A stretch of DNA of 64,000 nucleotides from Octopus sinensis (Eukaryota). Positions 35,895 through 47,794 of the stretch are shown one piece after another. The notes under the pieces were generated by a model. That model was given only the letters and a program-made list of their open reading frames with translations, had not been told where the DNA came from and made no database searches. The translations under genes and the position numbers were made by a program. Position 1 is the stretch's first letter, and each line of letters begins with the position of its first letter. The DNA is taken from assembly GCF_006345805.1 (NCBI RefSeq), contig NC_042998.1, positions 144,460,001 through 144,524,000 on the forward strand. The letters are read 5' to 3'.

Positions 35895-36319
35895 CAAAAC
35901 AGGAAGTTGGAAACTTTTTTTGGTATTATTTATTCAGCATTACATAATTTACATTTACTAATTGGAATCAAAAAGTTGTACATGCTGGAATTTCCTATTT
36001 GAAATTCTTCGGACAGAAAATCACATCAGTATAACAACAGCAAATACATACTGGACTGTAATACTGGAATAAGCAGATGTGCTTCAAGAGGACACAATTT
36101 AGATTTTACCATACCTATATATATATATATATATATATATAAAGCAGATAATTTCATTCTTTTGCGAGAGGATTCATTCTCAGCACTGAGCCATCAGCCT
36201 CTCTTTACATGTGTGTGTGTGTGTGTATGTAGTGTGGGGTAGTCTTCTACTTGACTGGCTCCTGTCATCTGGCCTACCCATGCATGCATGCATGGTAGAT
36301 GGATGTTAAACAATGATGA

Positions 36320-36350
<31 letters not shown>

Positions 36351-36889
36351 CTATATATATATATATATATATGTGCATCATTCTAACTTTCGAATGATAC
36401 CATCCCATTGGCTGCATTAACAGGCCAATATTCTCCTCAGTTGGTAGGCTAGTCTGTCAAGGGATTATCCATTTACAGCTGAATGAACTGGAGCAACGTG
36501 AAATTAATTGTTTTGCACTAGAACACATTTCATCATCACTGCATTTACATCTGTTTAGGTTCTACTCTAGTGTTCCACATCCACCTGTATAAAATGCAGG
36601 GCAGCCATGAATCTCCCCACAACAGTAAACCAGTTCCTGCCACCCCCATCCCAGGTGCTGAGGAATGAAAGTGACCATTTTATCTCATATTCCGTCTCAG
36701 ATTTTAGGGGTCTTTAGTTTGGAGCATTACTTGGTCACTTCATTTGTACTGGTGCCATAAAGAATCCCTCAGTACTCACTGTAAAGTGGTTGGCATTAGG
36801 AAGTGGATCCAGCTGGAGAGATCATGCCACAGCTGAGACGCTGGAGCAAGGCATGGTCCTCCAACCCAATTCAGCATAAAAACAGATGT

Positions 36890-37540
36890 GAAATGATGAT
36901 GATGCTAATGATATTCTTCTTTGTCTTGATTGTCACCTCATAATCAAATATGATTTGGTAGCAGAAGAGTTTTTCATTAAGTGAGGGAATTTTATCAGTG
37001 ATGTTTTTATTTTTCATGAAATTGAAGACCAAAGGTACAAGTATTGCAGAAATCTGTTGATATTCTTTGTATAGTGGATTCTGCTCTAGTCTCTTCTCTC
37101 TTCTTGTTGAAAACCATGGCATTGTGGATCTAGCTTCTCCTTATTGTTTTTTTCCAGTTGACTCTTCAACATTTACCTTCTTCATTTGCTTCATGTTCCT
37201 GTTGCATTCATTACACATTTTTTTATCACCGTCATATTTCATACAGATTTTATTTAATCTAACTTTTATATACTGAAACCCTCTATTGCTAACAGGATCA
37301 AAAGTTTGTTGAACTATCTTGACTCTGTGTACACTTTAACCACAAACCGATATACTTTCACTTGAACAGCTCCCCTCTCCAAAGATCTCAATTACGGGAA
37401 AGAACATCTCTGTTACTTCATGTAGTCCACATGAACAGTTCATAGTCTTTGTTTTTACAGTAGCAGTTGCTAGTAACAACTCTGGAGTATTTAGAATATG
37501 TCAAGTTCACATTTCCTGTGAGTGTATATCATTTTTATAA
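36890..37540 (-). mobile_element. Possible BEL/Pao LTR-retrotransposon pol relic
   Basis: Fragments ELLLATATVK, MPW...EKRLEQNPLYKEYQQI resemble the BEL protease and pre-RT regions; heavily degraded. Confidence 0.35.
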
Positions 37541-37685
37541 GTAATGTTTGCACTGATTTCACAGAAATTAATTTTTATCTACTTTCCAGTTCCTGAATAA
37601 TCAAAGTAACAGCTGCAATCAGTGACTATAAAACTGCTTTTAACTTATTCAAACAAGTCACATATTTAGAAATGGCATTTTCTTT

Positions 37686-38126
37686 TACTGTTCTTGTTAA
37701 CATATTTCTAGTGAAATACACCTACCTTTGTTTCAATTGATTTTGAAAATATTGAAGAAAAATAACTTTGTTACAATTAACCTTTAAGCATTCAGGTTAC
37801 TCTGTCAAATGTAATGCTTCTTTATTCACATTGTTTTGAATTAATCATGCATTATCTTGTGGCTTCAAGATTTTGATGACATGATTAATTTTTTAGAATG
37901 ATGTAAGGTAGGTGTGAAAGGCTAGATCTGGTTGGTTTCAACATAAAACAGGTAGAATATTTGGGCTGGATATGGCCTGTTTAAATGTTTCATGGTTAAG
38001 CTATTGTTGAGAACAGAAATTAATGTAAAATTTTGATGGAAGATTTCAATTTAGATCATGTTAAATATGAAGCTTGTATCATAGAACCAGGGATGGTCCC
38101 AAGGAGGATGGTATCAAAAGAATTAA
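37686..38126. mobile_element. piggyBac-type MITE family B containing a nested family A copy (37781-37995) at a duplicated TTAA
   Basis: The B halves match the uninterrupted B copy at about 58669-58889; the insert is flanked by TTAA at 37777-37780 and 37996-37999. Confidence 0.75.
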
Positions 38127-38246
38127 TTTCTTCCCAAAGATTTTTAACCAATATATTTTCATGAAATCACACGCTATTTTTATATTTCCTGAAGCAAATG
38201 TGAGAATAATAATTTTTTTTTATATTGTATTTATTTCACTTTTTAG

Positions 38247-38537
38247 GTGTAAATGCACTTAAGAGCCTCAAGGAAGGTTTTGATAGTATGACAGGATCAA
38301 GTATAAACATAACTAAACCTGGGGTTCAGACTCCCAGTCAGCTGAGTAATAACACAGCATTTAGCATTAAAGCGTCAAATGCAGTATTGAGTCCAGTATC
38401 TTCATCAGACAAGGGTTATTCTCTTTTGGCTGTCAAAAGTAATAAAACAGACAGCTCTGACCCAGGACCAGGATCTCCCCAAATGAAGTCAATCAATAAC
38501 TCCAATCTCATCAAATATTTGCAAACTAATTCCTCGG
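38247..38537 (+). CDS. Internal coding exon B2 (291 nt, phase 1-1), tandem duplicate of B1
   Basis: Same acceptor and donor as B1; differs from it only by N>S, F>I and one 3-nt deletion (LTS>LS); frame intact. Confidence 0.82.
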
Positions 38538-41500
38538 GTGAGTCTGTGTAATATTGTTGTTCTCTGACAGAATCTAAATAATGCTACACACGCAGACAGA
38601 CAGACAGACAGACAGACACACACACACACACACACACACACACCACACACACACACACAACTAGATAAATTTATTCTTCTGCAAGAGTATTCCTTGTCAA
38701 CACTTAGCCATCAACCTCTCTATACATGTTTGTAAGTTCAGTTCCCATGTTTTGAGTATTACTTTCTTTACTCACTTCCTGGACAACCAAGTGGGATTCT
38801 AAGATGTGAGGACCTAGATTAAGTAGCAGCAAATATTGCCCTGAATGGCACTATCACTGTAAAACTTTACGTATGATTTGCCAAACAAGCTACAACATAT
38901 ATATTGGTGACACAATATAATGCCTGTATGTGTATGTCTGTTTGTGTAAGTGGACAGAGCATGGCCAAATAGTTAAGAATTTTGGCTTGTTATTACAAGG
39001 GCCTAAGTTCAATTCTACTCTAGACCACATTGGACAAATGCCTCCTACCATTACCATAGGTTGCCCTAAGCCTCGTGAGTGGCATTGGGTAGATGGAAAT
39101 TTTCTGGAAGACTGTTGGCTGGATTATATCTCTAAATTTAAAGTCATCCTGTTTTTATGTTGTAAAGTTTCAACTTGATTCAGCCAGAAGCTACAGATCT
39201 GTGATATAGCTGAGTACATCACAGACCTGCTTAATCAAGCATTTAAATGCTCACAACCAATACTAATTTGTGTGTGTGTGTGTGAGAGAGAGAGAGAATT
39301 TCCAACCTTGAGAGACACAGGCATGGCTTTATAGTTGAGAATCTTGCTTCCCAATTACATGGTTTCAGATTCAGTATCAGTGTTTCACTTTGGGCAAGTG
39401 TCTTCCACTATAGCCCTGGGTCAACCAAAGTCTTGAGAGTGTATTTGGTAGAAAGAAACTGTTAGAAGCTAGTCAAATATATGTGTGCACAAAGCATGTG
39501 TGTGCGTGTGTTTATATACATTTTGTAAATGTATGCCTGTGTGTCTTCATATATAGTACATAGATTTTACATGTACATTCACTTTAACAACTGTTGACTG
39601 GAACACACAGTGTTGGTCCATTGTGTGTACATATATGACACATCTACATGTTTATATACACACACACACACACACACACACTCACATGTGTATCTTTTGG
39701 ACTTGTACGTGTCTAGTGACTGGGTCTGAAACCATGTATTAAAACTGAAGCAGCTATTTCCTGGGAGAACCATTTTAATAACACAAAACAATTAAATTCA
39801 CTTTAAATTGTATTTCATGATGTGTACAAATTTTTGTCACTCAGCTGTGGCCTAATTAATCACTTATGTAACTTTAAAGCCAATTAAAATATGTTTTTGT
39901 GTGTGTGTTTTCTGTCTGTTATTACTTATATTGCTATACTACCAATTTATATAATCTACCTAGCTACCTATGTATGTATGTATGCATGTATGGATGGACG
40001 GGTGCATGCATGCGTGTGTGCATAGTTCAGGGTTTGTATAATTGTATATAGATAAATATGTTAGGTAATCAAATTTCAACACAGTCCACTTTTCACATTT
40101 TATTTTATATTTTTGCAAGTACTTTCATGTTTTAAAACAATCTTCAGGTAATTGTTTATCTGATGGCATCAACAACTTATGTGCTTTACAACTGAGAATT
40201 ATCAGTTGTGAAGCACCTAAGTTGTTGATGCCATTAGATACACATTTACCTGAAAGATATACAATTACATGAAAGCACTTGTAAAAATATAAAAATAAAA
40301 TGTGAAAATTGGACTGTGTTGAAATTTTATTGCTGTACATGTACACACACACAGACATATACAACCACATGCACACACACATCCATCCATAGTTCACCTT
40401 TATATATATATATATATAAGTGAAATGTTGTTGTGCTTGTGAAAATTAATATGTATACTTCACTGCAACTTTGCTATATATCTATTAAATATTTTATGTA
40501 AGTTTGTGTGTATGTATTATCAGTATTGTGTTGCATTCACTTTGCATGGTTTCCAATAGAGTCCATAAACTGCTTGATGCATGCAGCATGAGATGGTGAA
40601 TGCCTTTTATTCATGTTCTTTTCTTTTTTTTTAATTGTTATTGCTAAGATTTTCGTTTTATTTTAGTTTTGTTCATTTGTTTCATTCTAATGTTTAACTG
40701 ATCAGTCTTTCTAATTTCAGCTCGATAAAAGTTTCCATAACAAAAAAAAAATTTCTGTTGAGTGCAAAACTTTTTATATAATGAGATGGGAAAATCAAAT
40801 TACCAGCATATTACCTCACCACTTTCACAGAAAATCTAGGTTGTTACTTGTACTGTATTTGAACTATGGAAACTATGAAAACTACACACAGACACACACA
40901 AAAATGTCTTCAAAAATAAACTTTTGAAAATGAAAGTCTGCTTTCAAAATACTGGGGCACCATTGCACCATTGCTATTGGTTGAAGCCTTACTGTATGTG
41001 AATCAAGTATACTGGGTTCTGTGCATATACTTTGGGACCCAGAAACCAAGTTAGCTTGTTTTTCTTAAAATTATTCATAATTCACATGACAGTACACATA
41101 TTGTATTTTTATTGGCTAATAAAAAGAGGATGTAAGGACTGATTTGCATATGATTAGTGTGTTATGTCACCAAAACTTTTATCAGCAAGGAGAGGGTTAA
41201 TAACTGTTAGATAGCCTGTGTATTGTATTAGCTCTATATATAGTACTATATATATAGTACGGTATGTAGAGGTTGTATACTATAATAGCTTAACATATAC
41301 ATAGCAGGATACATAAAGGTTGTGCTACTATATTAAATCTACATATGATTTATACTTCTATGTGTATGTAATGCTTGTATATGTTATCTAAATCAAGACA
41401 TCAAAGTTACTGCAAAGAGTTGTTTTAATATTTGTGCCATTCCTGAGAGCACTAACATGCTTAGCCAAGGTATTAAAACTGGTCATTAAATCTAGATTGC

Positions 41501-42062
41501 AGATTTGACTCATAGAACTTCACTGATCTTCTGACTTATCTATATTTAATGTATGTTCATGCATAAATTATGAGAATCTATGTATCTTTACATAGTGTCT
41601 ATGTACCTTCTCAATATGTATTTCTGTGTGTGTGTGTGTGTGTAGAGAGAGAGAGATAGCTAGATATTTATTAGTGGATTTACAATGCTACCATTAGTTT
41701 CATGCCAAAATATCACTATTATCAAGTGCCTCCAAAATGGAGATGGATTACCAACATTTTAAGTGCAATACTTGATAATTGTGATGTTTTCATATGAAAC
41801 CTATGATAACACCAGATCCATTAATAAAGAATATATTTATCCACTAAACACAGTGTTGAACACTCATTCTTAATGCTTACCACTATCGTGTGTATTTATA
41901 TACTGTGTAAATAAACCTCCCAGATCCATGTTTAACAAGAATGGTGAGTATGAGTTTCACTTTCTTTTGCTTCACCCTGTATGTGTGTTCAATTCCTCTG
42001 TTGTACTAAATTTTATTGAGCTGCTTGTGTCATACTATTTTATTATTTCATTTCAATTCTAG

Positions 42063-42097
42063 GACCAAATTCTAACATGAAAGAAGATAATTTAAAG
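42063..42097 (+). CDS. Short coding exon (35 nt, phase 1-0): (G)PNSNMKEDNLK
   Basis: Acceptor tttcatttcaattctag|GA, donor AAG|gtaatg; its phases bridge B1/B2 and the terminal exon. Confidence 0.75.
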
Positions 42098-42503
42098 GTA
42101 ATGAATTTTATTCTTTTTCTCATTTTGTTACTTTGACCAACCTCACCTTGATTTTTTGATAATATATTTACATAGTATTTTTGTTTTTCCCCTTTTGTAC
42201 ATTGTTAATTTGTGTGTATGCGTCTGTGTGTGTTATATGTGCATGCCTCTCCAAGGAAGCACTATTGTCCAGGTTAAAAACTCATTGTACAGTAAGAAGG
42301 GATTTCTTTCAGGGTTGATAAAATAAAGTACCAGTCAAGTACAAGGGGTGATGTTATTAACTTGCTCCCTCCCTTCAAAATTGCTGGACTTGTGCCAAAA
42401 TTACAAAGAATTATTATTATTTTGCATTCAATTTCTACTTCCTTTCTATTCTTTCTCTCTACTTCTATCGTTTCTAATGGTACTTCCTCTTCTCTATTAA
42501 CAG

Positions 42504-42602
42504 GTTGGTTTCAACACTATAGAAGACAGTATTGACAAGATGCAGAAGAGTATGACCCTTGATGATGATAAAATGAATTCTTTAGAAAAGGGCCACTCAT
42601 AG
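42504..42602 (+). CDS. Terminal coding exon: VGFNTIEDSIDKMQKSMTLDDDKMNSLEKGHS*; followed by an AT-rich presumptive 3' UTR
   Basis: Acceptor ttcctcttctctattaacag|GTT in phase 0, matching the preceding exon; TAG at 42600-42602. Confidence 0.78.
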   Translation, partial: VGFNTIEDSIDKMQKSMTLDDDKMNSLEKGHS

Positions 42603-43247
42603 AGGAGAATCACTCCAATTTTTTTCTCTCTCTTTCTCTCTCTCTCACTCCCCTTTTTTCATTTTGTTACCCATTTTGAAATCTTTCTCTGTTTCAAGAC
42701 AACCAAATTTTTGTTCAAATTTTGATTCAAATCCAATGTTTTTTTTCTTTTTTTTCACTTCTAATTTTCAGTTTGAAATTTGAAATTGATAATTCTGAAG
42801 TGTTTTCGTTACCTGAAAAATAATAGTGTTGTTGGGGATAAAATTAAAATTTACAATTTAAGATCAAATGTCAATTAAAGTATGTGTAAAAACACCTCTG
42901 TTTTAATCAATTTGAAATTTGGGTGGTGAGGAGAAACAAAAAAAAAAAAATCACATTTTGAATTGAAATTTTTATCAGCGTGGGGAATTCCTTGTCGAAT
43001 TCAAACAGTAAAGAAGGTTTATATGTATCTGTAAAAAAAGGAAAACGAAATTATTTTATTTTATTTTCATTTTCTCATTTCTTAAAAAAAAAGAAAAGAA
43101 GTTAATTTTTAATTTTGAAGAAAGGGTTCATTAATTAATTAATTAATATAAAAAAAAAAATTGGGAGGAAAATTTCATTAGTTCCTTTTGTTGTTATGGT
43201 ATAATTTTCATGGCTTTACTTTTTTTACAGGAATTTAAATTCCTTGT

Positions 43248-43304
<57 letters not shown>

Positions 43305-43555
43305 TGGTTACAAACTGCAATTGGTGTCTTTGTGATTAAAAATTTTTTTCTTTCCTTTGTAACATATTTGTTTTTATTGAGTTTCCTCTTACTCTTACCT
43401 CCGAAAGGGTTGGATGTTTTCATTCAACGATGTTTATAATCCATATTTTCTCTTCCTCCCCTTCCATCCATGCCTTTACATTCACTCATTTTCTTTATTA
43501 TTATTATTATTGCTACACATCTTGAGATGCAATAACTTTCTCTTTTATCAATCTA

Positions 43556-43586
<31 letters not shown>

Positions 43587-44543
43587 CATCATTATTGCAG
43601 TTATTACATCTATACATATCGATCACTCTCTCTCTCTCCCCCTCTATATCTCTCTTATTTTTCACTTCAATGTATTTAGTTTAAATGAAATTTTCTTAGA
43701 GAAAAATCACCAGGCCTTTCTAAAAAAGAACAAAACAAAATTTACATCCTATGTCCCTCAATATTTACGAAGGCATTGTGGTTAGGGTGTTGCACTCATG
43801 AATGCAAGATTGTGGCTTCAGTTTCTGGACAGGGCAATTCATTGTATTCCTGAGCATAATACTTCATTTCATGTTGCTCCAGTCCATTCAGCTGTTAAAA
43901 AACAATCAGATCACCCTGTAATGAACTGGCATTGCATTCAGTGGAGAATATTGTGATCTTGACCATTTATACACCATGGAAACAGTATAAGCAAAATGTC
44001 TAGGCATTGATTATTATGATGAGTTTGAAAAGCAAATATTTTTTTGCTTCTAATCTGTACTGAGCTATAGAGAAATTAAAGTATGCCATGGGACCTCTGA
44101 GTATTTTTGTGATCTTTGATTGAAAATATTGAGTTCCTAATTTTAATTTTGGCAATAGACAGTGATAAAAAGATTCCAACCCCAGTGTATCTTGCCTGGA
44201 GTTACTGTTTAAAGACTGCATTGGTGGATTATCATTCTACTTTCTATGATGTTACTATATTATTATAGAGCACAAAGGACATAGATTTTATCGTTTTATT
44301 TCATTATCTATTGGAAGTTGTGAAGTTGTTATGTTTGTTTTGCTTGTGTGTGTGTATTTTCCTTTAACCCCACCCCCATTGTTTTGTTTTTGCAACACAA
44401 ACAAATAAAAACAAAAAGATACCAACATTTCTTGTGAATGGTAACTAAACCCATTTAGCAAGACAAAAATATTTTCCCTTCAGAAAATAAAAATAATAAT
44501 AGAAATTAAATTTAGTATCCATTTGGAATCTCAATCTTTATAA

Positions 44544-44547
44544 GTGC

Positions 44548-44613
<66 letters not shown>

Positions 44614-44671
44614 ATGTATGTATATATATGTATGTGTATATGTATGTATATATATATATATTATATGTATG

Positions 44672-44702
<31 letters not shown>

Positions 44703-44725
44703 GTATGTATGTATATATATGTATG

Positions 44726-44761
<36 letters not shown>

Positions 44762-45145
44762 TATGTATGTATATATATATATATGTATGTATGTATATAT
44801 ATATATATGTATGTATGTATATATATATATATATGTATGTATGTATATATATATATGTATGTATGTATATATATATATATGTATGTATGTATGTATATAT
44901 TTTATATATGTTTTGTATGTATATATTTTATATATGTTATGTATGTATATATTTTATATATGTTATGTATGTATATATTTTATATATGTTATGTATGTAT
45001 ATATTTTATATATGTTATGTATGTATATATTTTATATATGTTATGTATTATATATATTATATATATGTTATGTATTATATATATTATATATATAATATAT
45101 ATTATATATATATGATATATATAATATATATGTGTGTGTGTGTGT
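44544..45145. repeat. Compound (TA)n/(TATG)n microsatellite grading into a 26-bp minisatellite
   Basis: Unit ttatgtatgtatatattttatatatg is repeated about 6 times between about 44885 and 45045. Confidence 0.9.
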
Positions 45146-45373
45146 ATAATGTGAGTTACTTAAAACAAAAAACAGGAGTTGAGTTTTTTTCTTGGGTTTT
45201 GGAAAGATGTTTTGGGAGTGGTTTTTTTAACTAATTCATATATATTTATAAAAGGTATGCATTTTGTATAAGAAATCATTTATGATGAGTCCCTGAAAGG
45301 GATGAAAACACTAAATAGTTTTTATTAAAATTCTGCCTTTTTCTTAATACGCAGGCATGTATGTGTACGTGTA

Positions 45374-45539
45374 CAGTTGTGGCCAAAAGTTTGGAACTTT
45401 TAAAAAAAATTAAAATAATTGTACCTAAAAGTTCAATTCGATTCAAATATATACAATGTAGAGATATACTTTACCTAATTACTGGACATTTAATTTGAAA
45501 ATTCTAAGTTTTTGACCTATGTTCCAAACTTTTGGCATC

Positions 45540-45544
<5 letters not shown>
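45374..45544. mobile_element. Tc1-like MITE (about 170 bp)
   Basis: ta|CAGTTGTGGCCAAAAGTTTGGAAC ... GTTCCAAACTTTTGGCATCAACT; the right end runs into a (CT)n(TA)n tract. Confidence 0.72.
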
Positions 45545-45585
<41 letters not shown>

Positions 45586-45616
45586 CTATATATATATATA
45601 TAGATATATATATATA

Positions 45617-45695
<79 letters not shown>

Positions 45696-45750
45696 ATATA
45701 TATATATATTTATATATATATATATATATATTATTATATATATATATATT

Positions 45751-45805
<55 letters not shown>

Positions 45806-45840
45806 ATATATATGTATGTGTATATATTGTGTGTGTGTGT
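45541..45840. repeat. (CT)n(TA)n(TG)n compound microsatellite
   Basis: Direct reading of the sequence. Confidence 0.95.
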
Positions 45841-47618
45841 TTAAATATAAGAGAATTATGTAACATGAAGATGGAAACACCAGGCTTTAATATCAAATCG
45901 CAACATTTATTTCTGTACTGGACACCAGTTTTAAGTTTCATTTATATATCATTACATAAAATTATTGTTTAGAATAACTATATATGATTCAGTGATAGGT
46001 GTGTTGGTGCTTTCTCAGGTGGAATGCACCAACACATAGCAGTTGCTGAATCATAACAGTTGCAAGGAAAATGTTGTCAGTATCTTCAAGGTTTCAGCTT
46101 GTTCACCTACATCAGAGTGGCTAGTGAAGTTGATTAAGCTGAAGCCTTAAAGTCTTTGCCACTCTTTCTCCTTGTAAAAGTATAATAGACATGTACTCAA
46201 CTAGAAAGTATTAAATAATACTTCTGTTTATTGTTAAAATGTTTTTATATATAATGTAACACAGTTGTAGTGCACCTGAACACTATACAATAAGTTCATT
46301 ATATATTGATATATCTGTGTGTAAAAGTGAGATCCAAGGATACAAATGTAGGAAGTTAGTGAACTTTGAGCAGTCGACAGAAGTATAAAAAACAACTTTC
46401 AGGAACAATAATGGTATCTTAACTTTGAATTTAATCCCAGATGACTATGAAATGACTTGGTAATGGTGAAGTGGAAAGCATCAACTTTCACTCATTGCTA
46501 TCATTGTTGTCATCATCATCATTGTTTTAACATCCATTTTATCATGCTTGTATGTGCCAGATGAAATTTGTTGAGGCAGATTTTCTACAGCAAGACAATA
46601 TTTCTTCTTTTAGTCCTTCAAGCACAAACAGCACAGTGCTCACAGCATGATTTCCTGGGAAGATTGCAAACAAATGATGCCACTGTCTTTGTATGATGGT
46701 GATGTTTGTTTACAATTTGCATACAATGCCAAGACAAGGATACATGAACAAACTCATACTCTGTGCACACACACACAAATATGCACATGCATATGCATTC
46801 AATCACGCACACACCTTTACATATACAACAGGCTTCTTGTCACTTTCTATCTACCAAATCCACTCTCAAGCCTTTGGAGTGGGCCAGAAAAAAAGGTGTA
46901 ATCTTCCTTTTCATTTCTAGAATTCAAAACAAATTTTGTAATAATAATTACTATTTTTTTGCTCTTCCCTGTTACACCCCTGATCCCCCCTCCCATTCTC
47001 TCTTCTAAAATGTGAGCAGCCATGTAGCTCCTCCACAGCAAGAAACCTATTCTACTCTGGTCCCTTTTCTCATACTTTAACCCCTCATACTCTAGTATAA
47101 AGTTGCCTCTTTCAAGGTTCGTTGTCTTGCAAGCTGTATGCTGACTTCATTAGTGCTGGTGGCTCAGAAAAAAGCACCCAGTATACATAATATAAAGTGG
47201 TTCGTACTAGGAAGGTCGTTCAACCATAGAAACCATACCAAAGCAGACACTGCAGCACAATGCAGTCTTTGGAAACATTGGATCCTATCAAACTGTTCTG
47301 CTCATGCCAACATGGAACATGGACGTTAAATGACAATGATAATGATGAAATTAATTTATTTGAAATGATTTCCTTTGTAAAAAATGTTAAGAAGTGTATA
47401 TTTATTTTTGATAGGGTCATTTTCTGAAGCTATTTGCTTCACTTACATTATGAAAATATGCCACAAGAAAAGCATAAATACCACAATTTTGTACCCCTAC
47501 TTTTTTTTCTACTCTCATTCCTGGTAAACCTGAGAATTTGTGCCTCATCAATTAAAAAAAACAAAAACAAAAATACAAAAACTGTTGGCTACCTTGATTT
47601 CATTGTTTTGTTACTCAA

Positions 47619-47794
47619 CCCTTTAGCATTCAGATTACTTTGTCTCATGTAATGCCTATTTGTTCACATTGTTTTGAATTAATTGTGCGTTATCTCATAG
47701 CTTGAAGATTTTGATGATGTGATCTTTTATTTTTAGAATGATGCTGTAGGATAAGTGTGAGAAGCTGGATCTGACTGGTTTAAATGCTAAAGGG
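47619..47794. mobile_element. piggyBac-type MITE, family A (internally deleted)
   Basis: CCCTTTAGCATT...AATGCTAAAGGG with TTAA on the right and TCAA on the left. Confidence 0.82.

Noticed and set aside
41924-41943. 20-nt micro-exon (cag|ATCC...AATG|gtgagt) in the + strand gene
   Set aside because: Good donor, but the length and phase do not fit between the phase-1 exons on either side without another unseen exon.
7285-42602. Naming the host gene (e.g. a Golgi or transporter protein with a long lumenal tail)
   Set aside because: Only low-complexity C-terminal exons are in the window and I recognise no diagnostic domain.
44544-45844. Long ORFs (183, 228, 165, 110 aa) rich in Y/I/M/C/V
   Set aside because: They are translations of (TA)n/(TATG)n microsatellites; the same applies to the many CVCV/HTHT/YIYI ORFs elsewhere.
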